The notes: generated by a model not told the origin, from the sequence alone. Positions 8,556 to 18,503 are shown, numbered from the stretch's first letter. The stretch is DNA of 58,665 nucleotides from a virus (IMGVR_UViG_3300032242_001675:1-58665); one strand, 5' to 3'. Numbers and translations are program-made.

Positions 8556-8827
8556 ACGATTTTCAAAAATCATTTTTAGCACGGGGCACGGGGTCAACAC
8601 TCTACACACAAAAAGAATTTGATGACCAACTAGCCATAGCCAAGGCCCAGATCATGCAGGTTGCGATCGAAACAACCAAGACGGCGATTGCAATTGAGCG
8701 GGGAGAATGTGCCAAGATAGCATCTAATATGGCGTCAGAATGGGCAGATAACCCAGAGGCGCCTATGAGTTTACCGATTGCGCTAGAAGCGTGCGCTGAT
8801 AAAATTCGCAATCGGTTAATAAAATGA
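8552..8827 (+). CDS. Hypothetical protein
   Basis: ERGECAKIA...CADKIRNR motif typical of phage accessory ORFs. Confidence 0.65.
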   Translation: MNDFQKSFLARGTGSTLYTQKEFDDQLAIAKAQIMQVAIETTKTAIAIERGECAKIASNMASEWADNPEAPMSLPIALEACADKIRNRLIK

Positions 8828-8902
8828 GCGATATTCCAGATTGGTTTTTTGTGGCATATATTGCGTGGTGTGGAATCTTATTGATAATAAAGGGGTGGTT
8901 AC

Positions 8903-9100
8903 ATGAATGAAGAAGAAGAAGAAGCAGCGTGGGCAGAAATAGAACGTAAACAAAAAATTCAACAAATTAAATTAGGCGATGATTATTACGAAGCCGTTCT
9001 AGCCGCCCAATTATTTGTTGAAAATACAAGCGCCAATGAGTTGGCGATCATGACGCTCAGAAAAGCATTTGAGCTCGGTTTTAGGCAAGGACGTATGTAA
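8903..9100 (+). CDS. Hypothetical protein
   Basis: ORF with RBS; TAATG overlap with next gene. Confidence 0.55.
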   Translation: MNEEEEEAAWAEIERKQKIQQIKLGDDYYEAVLAAQLFVENTSANELAIMTLRKAFELGFRQGRM

Positions 9101-9333
9101 TGTCAGGTTACTCACTATCGCTTGTTAGACGCATTACTAGTAAGCAATACAGACCCTTTACACAGCTCGCTTTAAAAGCCATTGAGCGAAACGTGAGCAT
9201 TGTTGAAATTGCTACGTATTTAGGCGTTTCACGCACAGCCGTCTACGCTTGGTTTTTGGGTAAGTACGAACCAAGCGAAGACAAGTTTAATAAACTGGAG
9301 AAATATCTTGGATCAATGCAAAAAAGAATTTGA
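9100..9333 (+). CDS. Helix-turn-helix DNA-binding protein (Cro/XRE-like)
   Basis: SIVEIATYLGVSRTAVYAWFLGKYEP HTH signature. Confidence 0.8.
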   Translation: MSGYSLSLVRRITSKQYRPFTQLALKAIERNVSIVEIATYLGVSRTAVYAWFLGKYEPSEDKFNKLEKYLGSMQKRI

Positions 9334-9442
9334 TGAATGGGTAGCGTTACTTAAAGAACTTAAGCGTGAAGAATTATTGCTAGATCCTTACACCATTTGG
9401 TTAGAAGCGTGGCACGTTGCTAATATGGTTAAAAAAAACTAA
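9308..9442 (+). CDS. Hypothetical protein (44 aa, TTG start, not in ORF track; paralog of 2772-2966)
   Basis: GGAG 7 nt before TTG; MDQCKKEFDEWVALLKELKREELLLDPYTIWLEAWHVANMVKKN. Confidence 0.65.
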   Translation: MDQCKKEFDEWVALLKELKREELLLDPYTIWLEAWHVANMVKKN

Positions 9443-10761
9443 TAGGATTGAGAGCCAATAGCTAATTGTTGGTTAAATTCTTTTTGTTTTTCAGGTGGTA
9501 AAGACATGTAGTAATCGTACATGTCTTTGCCGATGCCCCCTGCAGTAAGGGCGGCGCCAGCACCAAAAGTAATTGGATTAGGAACCATCATCAAAGCCCC
9601 ACCCAATCCGCTTGCATAGTTGCTTACCGCACCAGAGGTATCACCCGCTTGTTGCGCTTGATAACCCTTGTAAATATCGTGACCAGCAAGCGCTCCGCCC
9701 AACGGGCCAAGGAATGGTCGGGCTTTAGAAAGTAATTTTGCAATCGGCGACTCTAATGCTGACTCTACACCTGCCGCCGAATGACCGCCCAAACTTTTAA
9801 AATTTTTCTCTGACTCAAGCGCCGCACGTTCCAACGGAACAACTTGAGATTCTTTACTATTCATGTGCTCAAGTAATTTTGCTTCAGCTGATTTTTTGGC
9901 AGTAGCCGCGCTACTAGCGGCGGTTTTTTGTTCCTGATAAAGATCTTTGAGCATTGCCAATTTTTGTTCTTGGGGAATGCTAGATTCAATAATCTTTTTA
10001 TAAGCAAGATCAAATTCTGTTTGCATAGGCGCCGGAGCTAATACGCCCATAGGACTTGATGCGGTAATGCCGGGAAACTCCAAAGTAATACCGCCGGGTT
10101 TAACCAGCCCTTGCGTTTGTAATGCTTGCAATCCAGATTTACCTGCGGCACCATGCTCGGCAATCTCTTGTGTTCGTGCTTGATAACCCGTTTGATTTGC
10201 TCGTCCTGTATTTGGATTAGGCGCCTCGCTACCTTGACCTTGTATCTGACGAGTGTGCTCATCGGGCAAAATAATTTTTTGCGTGACTTCATTTAATGGC
10301 GTTTTAGCTTTTATTTTTTCTTCAATATAAGCGTTACGAGCTTTTTCAAGCTCATTCTTTTCCATCAAATGTAACTGAGCGAGGTCGTCCGATTGACGTT
10401 TCAAGGCGTCAAATTTTAATTCATAATCCTGCAACCCACCTTGATGTGCGGCTTGATTTTTTAACCACTCATCTCGAGCAATTTGAGCAGGATTTGGTTT
10501 AACTTCAGGCGCAACGTAGTCAGGAAAAGATTTAGCAACTGATCTACCAACGCCCGCACCAATGCCAGTAGCTAATATTTTTTCTGCCGTATTAGGTGAG
10601 TTATACAGATCTTTAACAATTGAGCCAGTAGGCTTTTGTTCCTTGTTATCGACAGACTGGTATGGTTGCTCAAGCGTGGGCAATTCAAACTTGCCTGTAT
10701 CTTTATTGACAAACTCAGGCAGTATGCTTGACAACTCGGATTGAACTTCTTGCTCAGCCAT
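9439..10761 (-). CDS. Putative internal virion (ejection) protein
   Basis: Last gene of the virion arm; coiled coils plus Gly/Ala hydrophobic C-terminal helices. Confidence 0.55.
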   Translation of the reverse strand: MAEQEVQSELSSILPEFVNKDTGKFELPTLEQPYQSVDNKEQKPTGSIVKDLYNSPNTAEKILATGIGAGVGRSVAKSFPDYVAPEVKPNPAQIARDEWLKNQAAHQGGLQDYELKFDALKRQSDDLAQLHLMEKNELEKARNAYIEEKIKAKTPLNEVTQKIILPDEHTRQIQGQGSEAPNPNTGRANQTGYQARTQEIAEHGAAGKSGLQALQTQGLVKPGGITLEFPGITASSPMGVLAPAPMQTEFDLAYKKIIESSIPQEQKLAMLKDLYQEQKTAASSAATAKKSAEAKLLEHMNSKESQVVPLERAALESEKNFKSLGGHSAAGVESALESPIAKLLSKARPFLGPLGGALAGHDIYKGYQAQQAGDTSGAVSNYASGLGGALMMVPNPITFGAGAALTAGGIGKDMYDYYMSLPPEKQKEFNQQLAIGSQSY

Positions 10762-10763
10762 GG

Positions 10764-12416
10764 TTATTCCTTAGTTGCGTAAGGCGAGTGTTTAACTAAA
10801 TCCGCATACGTGGTATGGAATCGTTTAACAACGTCTTTATATTCGGGCGATGAAAAGAAAGAAGAAGTTGCTGCATTAGGATTTTTTTCAAAATATTGTG
10901 CTTGTTTTTCAGCCATTTCGCCCATGTACTTGTTAGTAACTATATTTTTACTACCCAAATACATGATAAAAGAAGCCGGATCTGTTTCTTTAAACCCCGG
11001 TTTAGCCATTTGTTGCGCATCAAACGTGGAAATCTGAGGGCCATATATAGACTTGCCCGCTTTCATTACGTCTTGATTTAAAGTGTAAATTAACTGAGCA
11101 ATATTTCTAGCAACGGCTTGTTTTTCAGGCAACAAATTTAACTTGTTAATAGCTTCACTAACTGGAACCGAAGCGCTTCCCCATGGCGTATTGACGCCGC
11201 TTTCCGCCAACTGAAGTAATGCGGTCATCGGCCCTTGATGAACCAATTGACCCACCACGTCTTTATTGTTTTTAACCAGATCAATAAGTTCTCGTGTTTT
11301 AACGTCATTCATCGCAACTGTATTTTGGTCATACCCAGCAAGCGTATTATGTTTTTCAACATAAGGGGTCATACGTTTTTCTCGCTCTGCTTTTAATGCT
11401 TCAATATCCGCCTCGCCTTGTTTTTTCAATAGATCTTGTTTCGTTGCCAAACTTGATTGCGTATTGTTTGAAGCTAAAACACCTGCGCCGTTTTCTTGTT
11501 TAAAAATTCCCGTAGCAATTGCGTTCCTTACTAGCGGGTTGCTCATGTCTAATGGCTGGTCAGGCTTCACCCCCATTGTTTGAGCAACCTGCGCAATGTA
11601 CGCAGGCGTTGGGTTATTATCTGAGGCAGGTGCCCACTTGCTAATAACGCCAGCGATTGTGTTAATTCCTTGATCGCCATAGGCTTTTAACAAATTGTCG
11701 GTAGCTTTTATACCCTCGTCTAATGAACTGAAAGCAACCAATTTGCCATCTTTCATAATAGCGCCGGGGTTATTGTTTCTTAACGGCGCAGGAATATTGC
11801 TACTTTGATTGGCGGGTATAACGCCTTGATCTTTTAAAACAGCTTCAAAACCGTTTCCGTATTTAGCCAATTCTTTTGACACGTCAATACCTTGGCTTCT
11901 TAATGTCAACAAGTTTTTAATTGTTTCATTTTGCATACCTGCCGCGTTTTTAATTCCTTCAGCTAATTTTGGATCATAACGAGAAATGGCGATCATCAAT
12001 TCAGGCGTAAATTTATTAACAACGCCAGCTGGTATATTGCCTGACGCAATGGCTTGAGATGCAGTATTTGGGTCAGTGCCCATAATATTTGCAACCATGT
12101 CTATTGCTTTATTTTGTTTAGCAACTTCAAACTTCTGCCCCGCTAGCTGAGCACGCATCTGCGCAATAGCGGGGGCGCGGGTTTCTTGTTCTTCCTGCTG
12201 TTTACCGACGACGGAGGCGGCGTTGCCGAGCGCCTCGCCAAAGCTCCCCGTGCGCCCCGGCGCGAGGAACGCTCCCGCCACGTTCAGCATATTGGGCTCG
12301 TTACGACGCTCAAGCGACTGGAGCGCTTGGTTTAACGCGTCAAAGTATTCTTTCTGGTACTCGGGGTCGGTCGACGCGCCGGGTGCGATGTTAGGTAATG
12401 CGCCAGCTGTTGCCAT
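10764..12416 (-). CDS. Internal virion/ejection protein with a lysozyme-like (RNNNPG) peptidoglycan-hydrolase-type domain
   Basis: LRNNNPGAI...FSSLDEGIKA...TIAGVISKWAPASDNNPTPAYIAQVA...GVKPDQPLD. Confidence 0.65.
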   Translation of the reverse strand: MATAGALPNIAPGASTDPEYQKEYFDALNQALQSLERRNEPNMLNVAGAFLAPGRTGSFGEALGNAASVVGKQQEEQETRAPAIAQMRAQLAGQKFEVAKQNKAIDMVANIMGTDPNTASQAIASGNIPAGVVNKFTPELMIAISRYDPKLAEGIKNAAGMQNETIKNLLTLRSQGIDVSKELAKYGNGFEAVLKDQGVIPANQSSNIPAPLRNNNPGAIMKDGKLVAFSSLDEGIKATDNLLKAYGDQGINTIAGVISKWAPASDNNPTPAYIAQVAQTMGVKPDQPLDMSNPLVRNAIATGIFKQENGAGVLASNNTQSSLATKQDLLKKQGEADIEALKAEREKRMTPYVEKHNTLAGYDQNTVAMNDVKTRELIDLVKNNKDVVGQLVHQGPMTALLQLAESGVNTPWGSASVPVSEAINKLNLLPEKQAVARNIAQLIYTLNQDVMKAGKSIYGPQISTFDAQQMAKPGFKETDPASFIMYLGSKNIVTNKYMGEMAEKQAQYFEKNPNAATSSFFSSPEYKDVVKRFHTTYADLVKHSPYATKE

Positions 12417-12421
12417 GATTA

Positions 12422-13690
12422 TTATGTACCTCCGATTTGTCCGGTTTGTCCGGTTTGCGCAGCTATAAGCGAACCGAGCGGATCACTAGATGCGTTTGCA
12501 GCGTTTAAAGTGGCTTGGCTAGGGTTTCCGTTATTACTACCAAACAAATTCCCAATACTACTCATCAATGTTTGACCTTGCGTTGAGCCCAACAGCGAGC
12601 CGATACCGGCGATCTGGGACAAAGGCGCGGATTGGTACGCACCGGGTATCGGTCCCGAATACTGATTCTGCACAGATGTTGGAATCGTGTAGCCGCGCAA
12701 AATGTTTGCTTGCGCCGCCGCGGTCTGCAACGGAAACAGTTGCTGGTTCTGCGCAATCTGTTGTTGCTGGCCGCCTAGCGTGGAGAGCGCGTTTACGTCG
12801 TTTAAGCCGAGTTGCTGGGTTTGTGCGGCAAGGTTACCACCCGCAATCCCTGCGTTAATCAGGTTCTGTTGCTCTTGCGACGCCATGTTACCCTGAATGT
12901 TACCAATGTTCGCCTCGTTTGCTTGTTGCGTGTTGGTCAGCTGACCGAGCGTAGAGCCTGCGCTCAGTTGGTTCTGCGCACCGTAGTTAGCTAATGTACC
13001 TGCGGTTTGCCCCAGCTGACCTTGCAACGCCGCTTGCGCCTGCGCTTGGTTCATAGCGTTCTGGTAGCCGGTGTTCAGCGCGTTCGTCTGCGCGGCGGTC
13101 GTTTGTTGACCGTACTGACCTAGCGTGTTGGCCAACGCCTGCGCTCCGCGTTGCGAGCCGAACTGCCCCGAACCTACTAACCCCGCGGTGGTTTGCGGGG
13201 CTACGTTTTGCATGATGTTCTGCTCGGCCAGATCGCCGATCTGAGAAACCACGTCATTAACGTAAGGGTTCATGTAGTTCTGAACCGTGTTGTAGGTCGG
13301 GTTAGCAGCGGAGTTAAGGTAGGGTTGCGCCGCCCCGAGCACGTTTGTGCTCGCGCCCTGCTGGAGGTAAGGTTGCGCCGCACCAACGGCGTTCTGCCCG
13401 AGCGCCATGTTTAGCGCCCCCGCTGAGGCTTGTGTAGGGTCGTAGTTGGTGACTTGGCTCAGGTCGCCCTGCGCCGTGCTTAACGTAGGCTGGTAGTTAC
13501 CGACGTTCTGTTGCGCTAGGCTATACGCCTGATTCTGCATCGGCGTAGCGCCCACGTACTGCGCGTTGCCGCCTGCGGTGCCCGCCTGAGCGAGGTTGTT
13601 AAGGTAGTCGGTGTAGAACGCAGGTGCGGTCGTTGACTGCGTTTGCGTGGTGTCAATGCTCGGTAGTGCGCCGCCTTGGGTGAGTGACAT
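12422..13690 (-). CDS. Gln/Ala/Gly-rich DNA ejection (pilot-like) protein
   Basis: YMNPYVNDVV, GQFGSQRG, LGGQQQQIAQ patterns typical of podoviral internal proteins; position. Confidence 0.65.
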   Translation of the reverse strand: MSLTQGGALPSIDTTQTQSTTAPAFYTDYLNNLAQAGTAGGNAQYVGATPMQNQAYSLAQQNVGNYQPTLSTAQGDLSQVTNYDPTQASAGALNMALGQNAVGAAQPYLQQGASTNVLGAAQPYLNSAANPTYNTVQNYMNPYVNDVVSQIGDLAEQNIMQNVAPQTTAGLVGSGQFGSQRGAQALANTLGQYGQQTTAAQTNALNTGYQNAMNQAQAQAALQGQLGQTAGTLANYGAQNQLSAGSTLGQLTNTQQANEANIGNIQGNMASQEQQNLINAGIAGGNLAAQTQQLGLNDVNALSTLGGQQQQIAQNQQLFPLQTAAAQANILRGYTIPTSVQNQYSGPIPGAYQSAPLSQIAGIGSLLGSTQGQTLMSSIGNLFGSNNGNPSQATLNAANASSDPLGSLIAAQTGQTGQIGGT

Positions 13691-13692
13691 GA

Positions 13693-15264
13693 TTATTTCC
13701 TTCCTGCGCGGTGAAGCGCCTGTTTCATATATTGGAGGGGCGAGGCTTTGGGGGGTATTTTATCGGTGGGAGCCGCCCGTTTATGCTCCCTCAGTGACTT
13801 TCTAAACTCATCCAGCAGGTGCGCGCCGGCATCGCTCGAGCCGTCGCCGAGCTGAGCGACGGTGTCCGCGTCAAACACGAACTCGCCGTCTGCGAGCATC
13901 GCTGGAATTTCATCCGACTGCCCAGTACCTTTACCTTTAACATAATGCCCCGTAGCACCCGTGATGAACTCAGGTACGTGTACGTCGCCCCCGTGAGCGT
14001 AGCCCGATAACGGCGCGCCGTTGATGAGCGCCAACGCCTGCTGAGTTGCAGACCCGCTCGTGGGCGCGGAGGGTTGTTGCCCGCTAACGGGAATGTTAGG
14101 GCTAGGTTTGCCCATCTGCCCGCCCATGAACTGCGTGGGTAGCCCGTTTGACTCCGAGCCGTAAGTGAAGAATGACGACTTGGGCTTACCCGCTAGCATT
14201 TGAAACAACTTGGGGTGTACGTCTTGGAGCTGCGCCAAGTCCGTTACGCTCCCACCCGAGGCGGCGTGTACGGTGTTTTCTGGCGCCATCGCTAAGTTGT
14301 ATCCGATCTGCTGGTACTTGTCCTCGTTCGCAAACGGGTCAGTGTTATTGACTTGTCCTCCCGCTAGTGCTGTGGGCGATAAGTTGCCGGGCAACGCCCC
14401 GCCCGCTGACGTGCCACCGCTAGGTACGAGGTTTGATGCTGACGTACCGTTTGTCCCTGAACTTGTCCCAGACTTACCTAAACTAGACAATCCATTGATT
14501 AAACCGAGCGCGCCAGAACCGAGCTTTAACCCGTTTGCAATTTCAGCGGCTGATAATCCCGCCCCAGTCGCTGCACCAGCACCAGCCCCCAGAGCACCCA
14601 ACTCCGTACCCGGTATTAAACTACCACCGGTTACTGGAAAAGCCTCAGCACCCGCCGCCGTACCGCCTAGAGCAGGGGCTAGCGCCGCCGCACCCGCCAA
14701 TCCTAGCGCCCCTAGCCCAAACAGCTTGGCGTTTGACCAATCCTGCGGGGTCTGTTCGGTAGCGTTCATAGCCGACACGCCCTCGGGCAATGCGCTAGCG
14801 TCCATCCACGCCGCGCTACTCGCATCGCGCCCGTTGTTCGTGTTGCCGTAAATGAACTTCTGACCGTTAAGAACCCAAGTGGTCGGTACGCCTTGGTAGC
14901 TTGGAGATTTCGGGTCGGGCGTGGCGCCCATGTTTTGCAGGGCGGCGGCTCCGCTCGCCATGGTCGAGTCGCTACCCATCGTGTTAGGTATACCCAGCGC
15001 ATCGGCGGCGCTTGAGGTCGCTTTGCTGTAGCCGAGGTCTTGCAACACCTTCGTGACGTCACCGCCGTTGTAGGTTTCTTGCGTCTGTTTCAACCAGTCC
15101 GCAGTCGGTGCGGAGCCGTAAACTTGTTGGTAGGCGGCGGTCAGGTTATCGGGCGTGAGCGCCTGCTGGGCGTCGTAGGCGCCCGAGTCAGCCGTCGACT
15201 GCCCCGTTGTGCTGTCGGTATATGTGTTAGCCCCGCTCGGGTCAAACCCTCGTGATATCGTCAT
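13693..15264 (-). CDS. Internal virion protein with C-terminal GxGTGQSDEIPAMLADGEFV domain
   Basis: Low-complexity body, AASGG and YAHGG motifs, then a conserved-looking C-terminal domain. Confidence 0.65.
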   Translation of the reverse strand: MTISRGFDPSGANTYTDSTTGQSTADSGAYDAQQALTPDNLTAAYQQVYGSAPTADWLKQTQETYNGGDVTKVLQDLGYSKATSSAADALGIPNTMGSDSTMASGAAALQNMGATPDPKSPSYQGVPTTWVLNGQKFIYGNTNNGRDASSAAWMDASALPEGVSAMNATEQTPQDWSNAKLFGLGALGLAGAAALAPALGGTAAGAEAFPVTGGSLIPGTELGALGAGAGAATGAGLSAAEIANGLKLGSGALGLINGLSSLGKSGTSSGTNGTSASNLVPSGGTSAGGALPGNLSPTALAGGQVNNTDPFANEDKYQQIGYNLAMAPENTVHAASGGSVTDLAQLQDVHPKLFQMLAGKPKSSFFTYGSESNGLPTQFMGGQMGKPSPNIPVSGQQPSAPTSGSATQQALALINGAPLSGYAHGGDVHVPEFITGATGHYVKGKGTGQSDEIPAMLADGEFVFDADTVAQLGDGSSDAGAHLLDEFRKSLREHKRAAPTDKIPPKASPLQYMKQALHRAGRK

Positions 15265-15494
15265 GGCTCTATGCTCATTATGCCGACTAGGCTCTGCGCC
15301 CAGTCCTGCCAGTGATTAAAATTCCTCGTGTCAGGTACCGCGGAGTTACCAAAATAACCGATACCCGCTACTGCGGTGCCCCACTCCTGCCATCGGTCCT
15401 CGGGCAATACCCCTAACTGATTGCTAGCGAACTGCTCATTGAGTAGCGAGCACCAAGAGTCCCACGAATGCTCACGAGGGTCGTAAACAACCAT
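15261..15494 (-). CDS. Small Trp-rich virion-module protein
   Basis: MVVYDPREHSWDSWCSLL...WQEWG...PDTRNFNHWQDWA; start 15494 follows stop of the upstream gene. Confidence 0.7.
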   Translation of the reverse strand: MVVYDPREHSWDSWCSLLNEQFASNQLGVLPEDRWQEWGTAVAGIGYFGNSAVPDTRNFNHWQDWAQSLVGIMSIEP

Positions 15495-15495
15495 G

Positions 15496-17271
15496 TTATG
15501 GGTTCCCTGTGCCGCGCACGTCGCGAATTTCGGCGGAGATAAGCACGCTACCCATCTGGTAGTCTCCCCCCACCGTGTTGCTCTCGAACCGTAGCCGAGG
15601 CTCGCGGCGTTGCTCGCGCAAGTCAATTTTTAAAGTCGTGGGGTCGAACGGGAACGGTCCCGCCACCACGTCGCTGTCATCGGCGTAGCTACGCCCCGTG
15701 ACGTATAGGTTCATCGTACCTGTTTGAATGAAGTCCGGCTCCACCCGCTCGATACCCATCCAGTTGTTTTGACCCTGCATGGTTTGCTTGCTCATGTTCG
15801 GACCACCCGTCACCCAGCCCAGATTGTTTGTCTCAAAGTAGCTGTCAATTGCGGTTTGGGTGTTTTGGTAGATCTGATCCACCCCTGTCTCGTGTTGCCA
15901 GAGAATCGTGTTGCCGCTTGTGTCGACGTCATTTCCTGACCAGATAGGAAACCGAAAGACCTCGGTAAAAGTTCCCGCCGAGCGTCGTGCCCCGAGCGCT
16001 TGTCCCGCGTCGTACCATACTTTCTCGCGCACGTTGTAGATAATGGCATCCGTGCACTCGGTGGCGTTACCTTTGGGGTAGAACCACCAGATCTCGCCCC
16101 AACGGGGAACCTTGGACACCCACACCTTTTGGCGTTGCGCGTAGTTCAGGTTATCAAAGAAGTAGTTCATGTTCTGCGTATTCGGCACTTCCTGCACAAC
16201 GCCGTTGTACATGAGGAATCGATCGGTACCGCACCAGTAGAACAACCCGTCGTACTCAATGATGGAGTTGGACGACAGCAATGATGACTGCGTGGATATC
16301 TGATCATAGCGCCAATACGTCGTGCTCGTGCCCACCGTCTGGGGCGTGTACGACACGCGGATAAGACTGTCCAGCGACCAAAAAAGACCGGAGGGGGAGG
16401 TGGTTCCACCGCGCACGGGGAGACCTTTAACGATCTTGCCCGTCGCCACGTTGTTGGCGTTAGCGTCCGCACCTACCCAGTTCTGGAAGTTACCCGCGGA
16501 GGAGTTCTGGATGAGCCCATTATTACCATACACGAACAGGTAGGGGTAAATAATGCAACACCCACCCGACACGTTGATCTGGTTGTCAAACGTCAACGTC
16601 TGGGTGCCTGTGGTGCCCGTGTACGCGAGCGAAAGCGTCACGTCGGTGTTACCGCCGGTCACCACGGATTGAGTGACGGTGGTACCCGTAGGGATGCCTG
16701 TACCGGTGACGAGTTGACCCGGGTAGACGAGCGCATTCACGCCCGTAATCACACCCGCGGTTGAGCCGTTGGTGAGCGCTACCGATGCCGTAAACTGCCC
16801 CACGGGCGATAAAGCGCCGCCGGGGAACGTGCCGTAGAGCACAGGGCTGTTGGTCGTGCTACTGATGTCGCTCAGGTCTTGCGCGGGGTGCGCAACGATC
16901 GTGGTCGCCCCGCCGCCGTTTGAGTCGTATCCGATGTCAAACTGCCAGAGGTTGTTGGTGCTCGAAGTGAACCCAGTCATAGTGATTGAGTACGGACCCG
17001 AACCCACCCCGCCCTGATTGCTTGTTGACCAGTATTGCAGACCTGCGCTGTACCCCGAGTACACGTAGTTGACGTTGTTGTACGCGCTCATGATCATGCC
17101 GCGCGATACTCCCGTGGCGTTCTGGAACACCGCGTTGTAACCACCTATCTTACGCGGACGCCCGCGCTGGAAACGCACCCAAGACCCATCGACATAAGAC
17201 GGTGCATCGAGCAACGTCCCATCTCGCTGGATCCCCGGCGGCACCTTCAGCGCAAGCACTTGTTTGGTCAA
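15496..17271 (-). CDS. Putative tail nozzle/stabilisation protein (podoviral, beta-propeller-like)
   Basis: VRFQRGRPRKIGG N-terminus, EIWWFYP, IIYNVREKVWY; size and position. Confidence 0.65.
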   Translation of the reverse strand: MTKQVLALKVPPGIQRDGTLLDAPSYVDGSWVRFQRGRPRKIGGYNAVFQNATGVSRGMIMSAYNNVNYVYSGYSAGLQYWSTSNQGGVGSGPYSITMTGFTSSTNNLWQFDIGYDSNGGGATTIVAHPAQDLSDISSTTNSPVLYGTFPGGALSPVGQFTASVALTNGSTAGVITGVNALVYPGQLVTGTGIPTGTTVTQSVVTGGNTDVTLSLAYTGTTGTQTLTFDNQINVSGGCCIIYPYLFVYGNNGLIQNSSAGNFQNWVGADANANNVATGKIVKGLPVRGGTTSPSGLFWSLDSLIRVSYTPQTVGTSTTYWRYDQISTQSSLLSSNSIIEYDGLFYWCGTDRFLMYNGVVQEVPNTQNMNYFFDNLNYAQRQKVWVSKVPRWGEIWWFYPKGNATECTDAIIYNVREKVWYDAGQALGARRSAGTFTEVFRFPIWSGNDVDTSGNTILWQHETGVDQIYQNTQTAIDSYFETNNLGWVTGGPNMSKQTMQGQNNWMGIERVEPDFIQTGTMNLYVTGRSYADDSDVVAGPFPFDPTTLKIDLREQRREPRLRFESNTVGGDYQMGSVLISAEIRDVRGTGNP

Positions 17272-18503
17272 AATACGCCCCCGTTAATACCGTTAACCAC
17301 CGTCAAACCCGAGCTGTTAAGCGTCATAGCGTTTGCACCCGCCAACGCCCAAGCAACCTGCCCCGAGCCCGGCGAGTACATCCCCGTGGTCGTCCAGCCG
17401 CTGAAGTTAAGCGAGGGGTTGGTCGCCGAGCCGGGGTTGATCGTGAGCGTGGTCAGCGAACTCGCCGCCGCGCTCGAGGCGTTGTACACGTTCGTGCCGT
17501 CGCAAATAATAGCGAGGGTTTGCCCTTGTGGTACGCTCACCGTGGTGCCCGTGCTGGAGGACGTCTTAAAGGTGAGCGAGTAAGACCCGCTCGTTGAGTT
17601 CTGCACGTAATAGATCTGTACGGTGGAGGGCAACACCACGATCTGGTTTGAGGTTAGCGTTCCCGTGTACGCCTGAACGACGTTAGCGTACTGCGTGGCG
17701 GACAACGTCAACGTACCGCCCGTGACGCCAATTACCAGCTGGGTGTAGATAAAGTTGTTGTTTCGCCCATAAGCGAAGGTGTACCAGCCGTTAACGCCGT
17801 TGGAGACGATCACCAACGACTCGGTCGGGTTCAGTTGCTTGTTTGAGTTCCCGTCAATCGTGTCGGTGCCCGCGGGGGTTAACGTCAACGTCCCCGTGCC
17901 ACCGTTACGCACCGCTATATACCAGCCGTTGCCGACGCTAGATGCCGCGCTGGAGGGGAGCGTAATTGACCCCGCACCGCCCGTCCAGACTAAGAACTGT
18001 GACTGATAAGAGGCGGTGAGCGTGGTGCTGGAGGCGATCGTACCCTCAGAGAACACCGTGTTCAACGTGTTGCTGACTGCCTGCAAGCCGTACCCCGCCA
18101 ACCCCGCCGCGGTTCCCGTTGAACCCGTGGTGTTGAAGGAAATCGTTGACCACACCCCGTTCACCGTCGAGTTGTCGGTGAGGAACACGTACTGCGCAAT
18201 CGTTGAGTTAATAACGATAATCGTGTTGCCCGAGTTATCGGTCACGGTGAACGCAAGCGTGCCTACGTTCTCAACGAGCACCGCCTGCCCCGTGGACACC
18301 TGATTAGCGGGGGGTAGTTGCAGTTGCAAACCGGAAGCCGTCGCCGTTACCTGCATAATTGCGGCAACGACAGGCGTGGAAGTCGTGTACGAGCTGTTGA
18401 TTGGCCACTGGAGCGAGGTGTTAGCGGTGATCGTCAGCGCCTCGTAACCGACGGTGCTCGGCGAAATCGTTTGGCCAGTCAGCGGATTTACATAGTTGGT
18501 CAT
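17268..18503 (-). CDS. Tail structural protein
   Basis: Thr/Ser-rich beta repeats (LQLPPA...GQAVLVEN; ITLPS...GWYIAVRN); between tail genes. Confidence 0.6.
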   Translation of the reverse strand: MTNYVNPLTGQTISPSTVGYEALTITANTSLQWPINSSYTTSTPVVAAIMQVTATASGLQLQLPPANQVSTGQAVLVENVGTLAFTVTDNSGNTIIVINSTIAQYVFLTDNSTVNGVWSTISFNTTGSTGTAAGLAGYGLQAVSNTLNTVFSEGTIASSTTLTASYQSQFLVWTGGAGSITLPSSAASSVGNGWYIAVRNGGTGTLTLTPAGTDTIDGNSNKQLNPTESLVIVSNGVNGWYTFAYGRNNNFIYTQLVIGVTGGTLTLSATQYANVVQAYTGTLTSNQIVVLPSTVQIYYVQNSTSGSYSLTFKTSSSTGTTVSVPQGQTLAIICDGTNVYNASSAAASSLTTLTINPGSATNPSLNFSGWTTTGMYSPGSGQVAWALAGANAMTLNSSGLTVVNGINGGVF

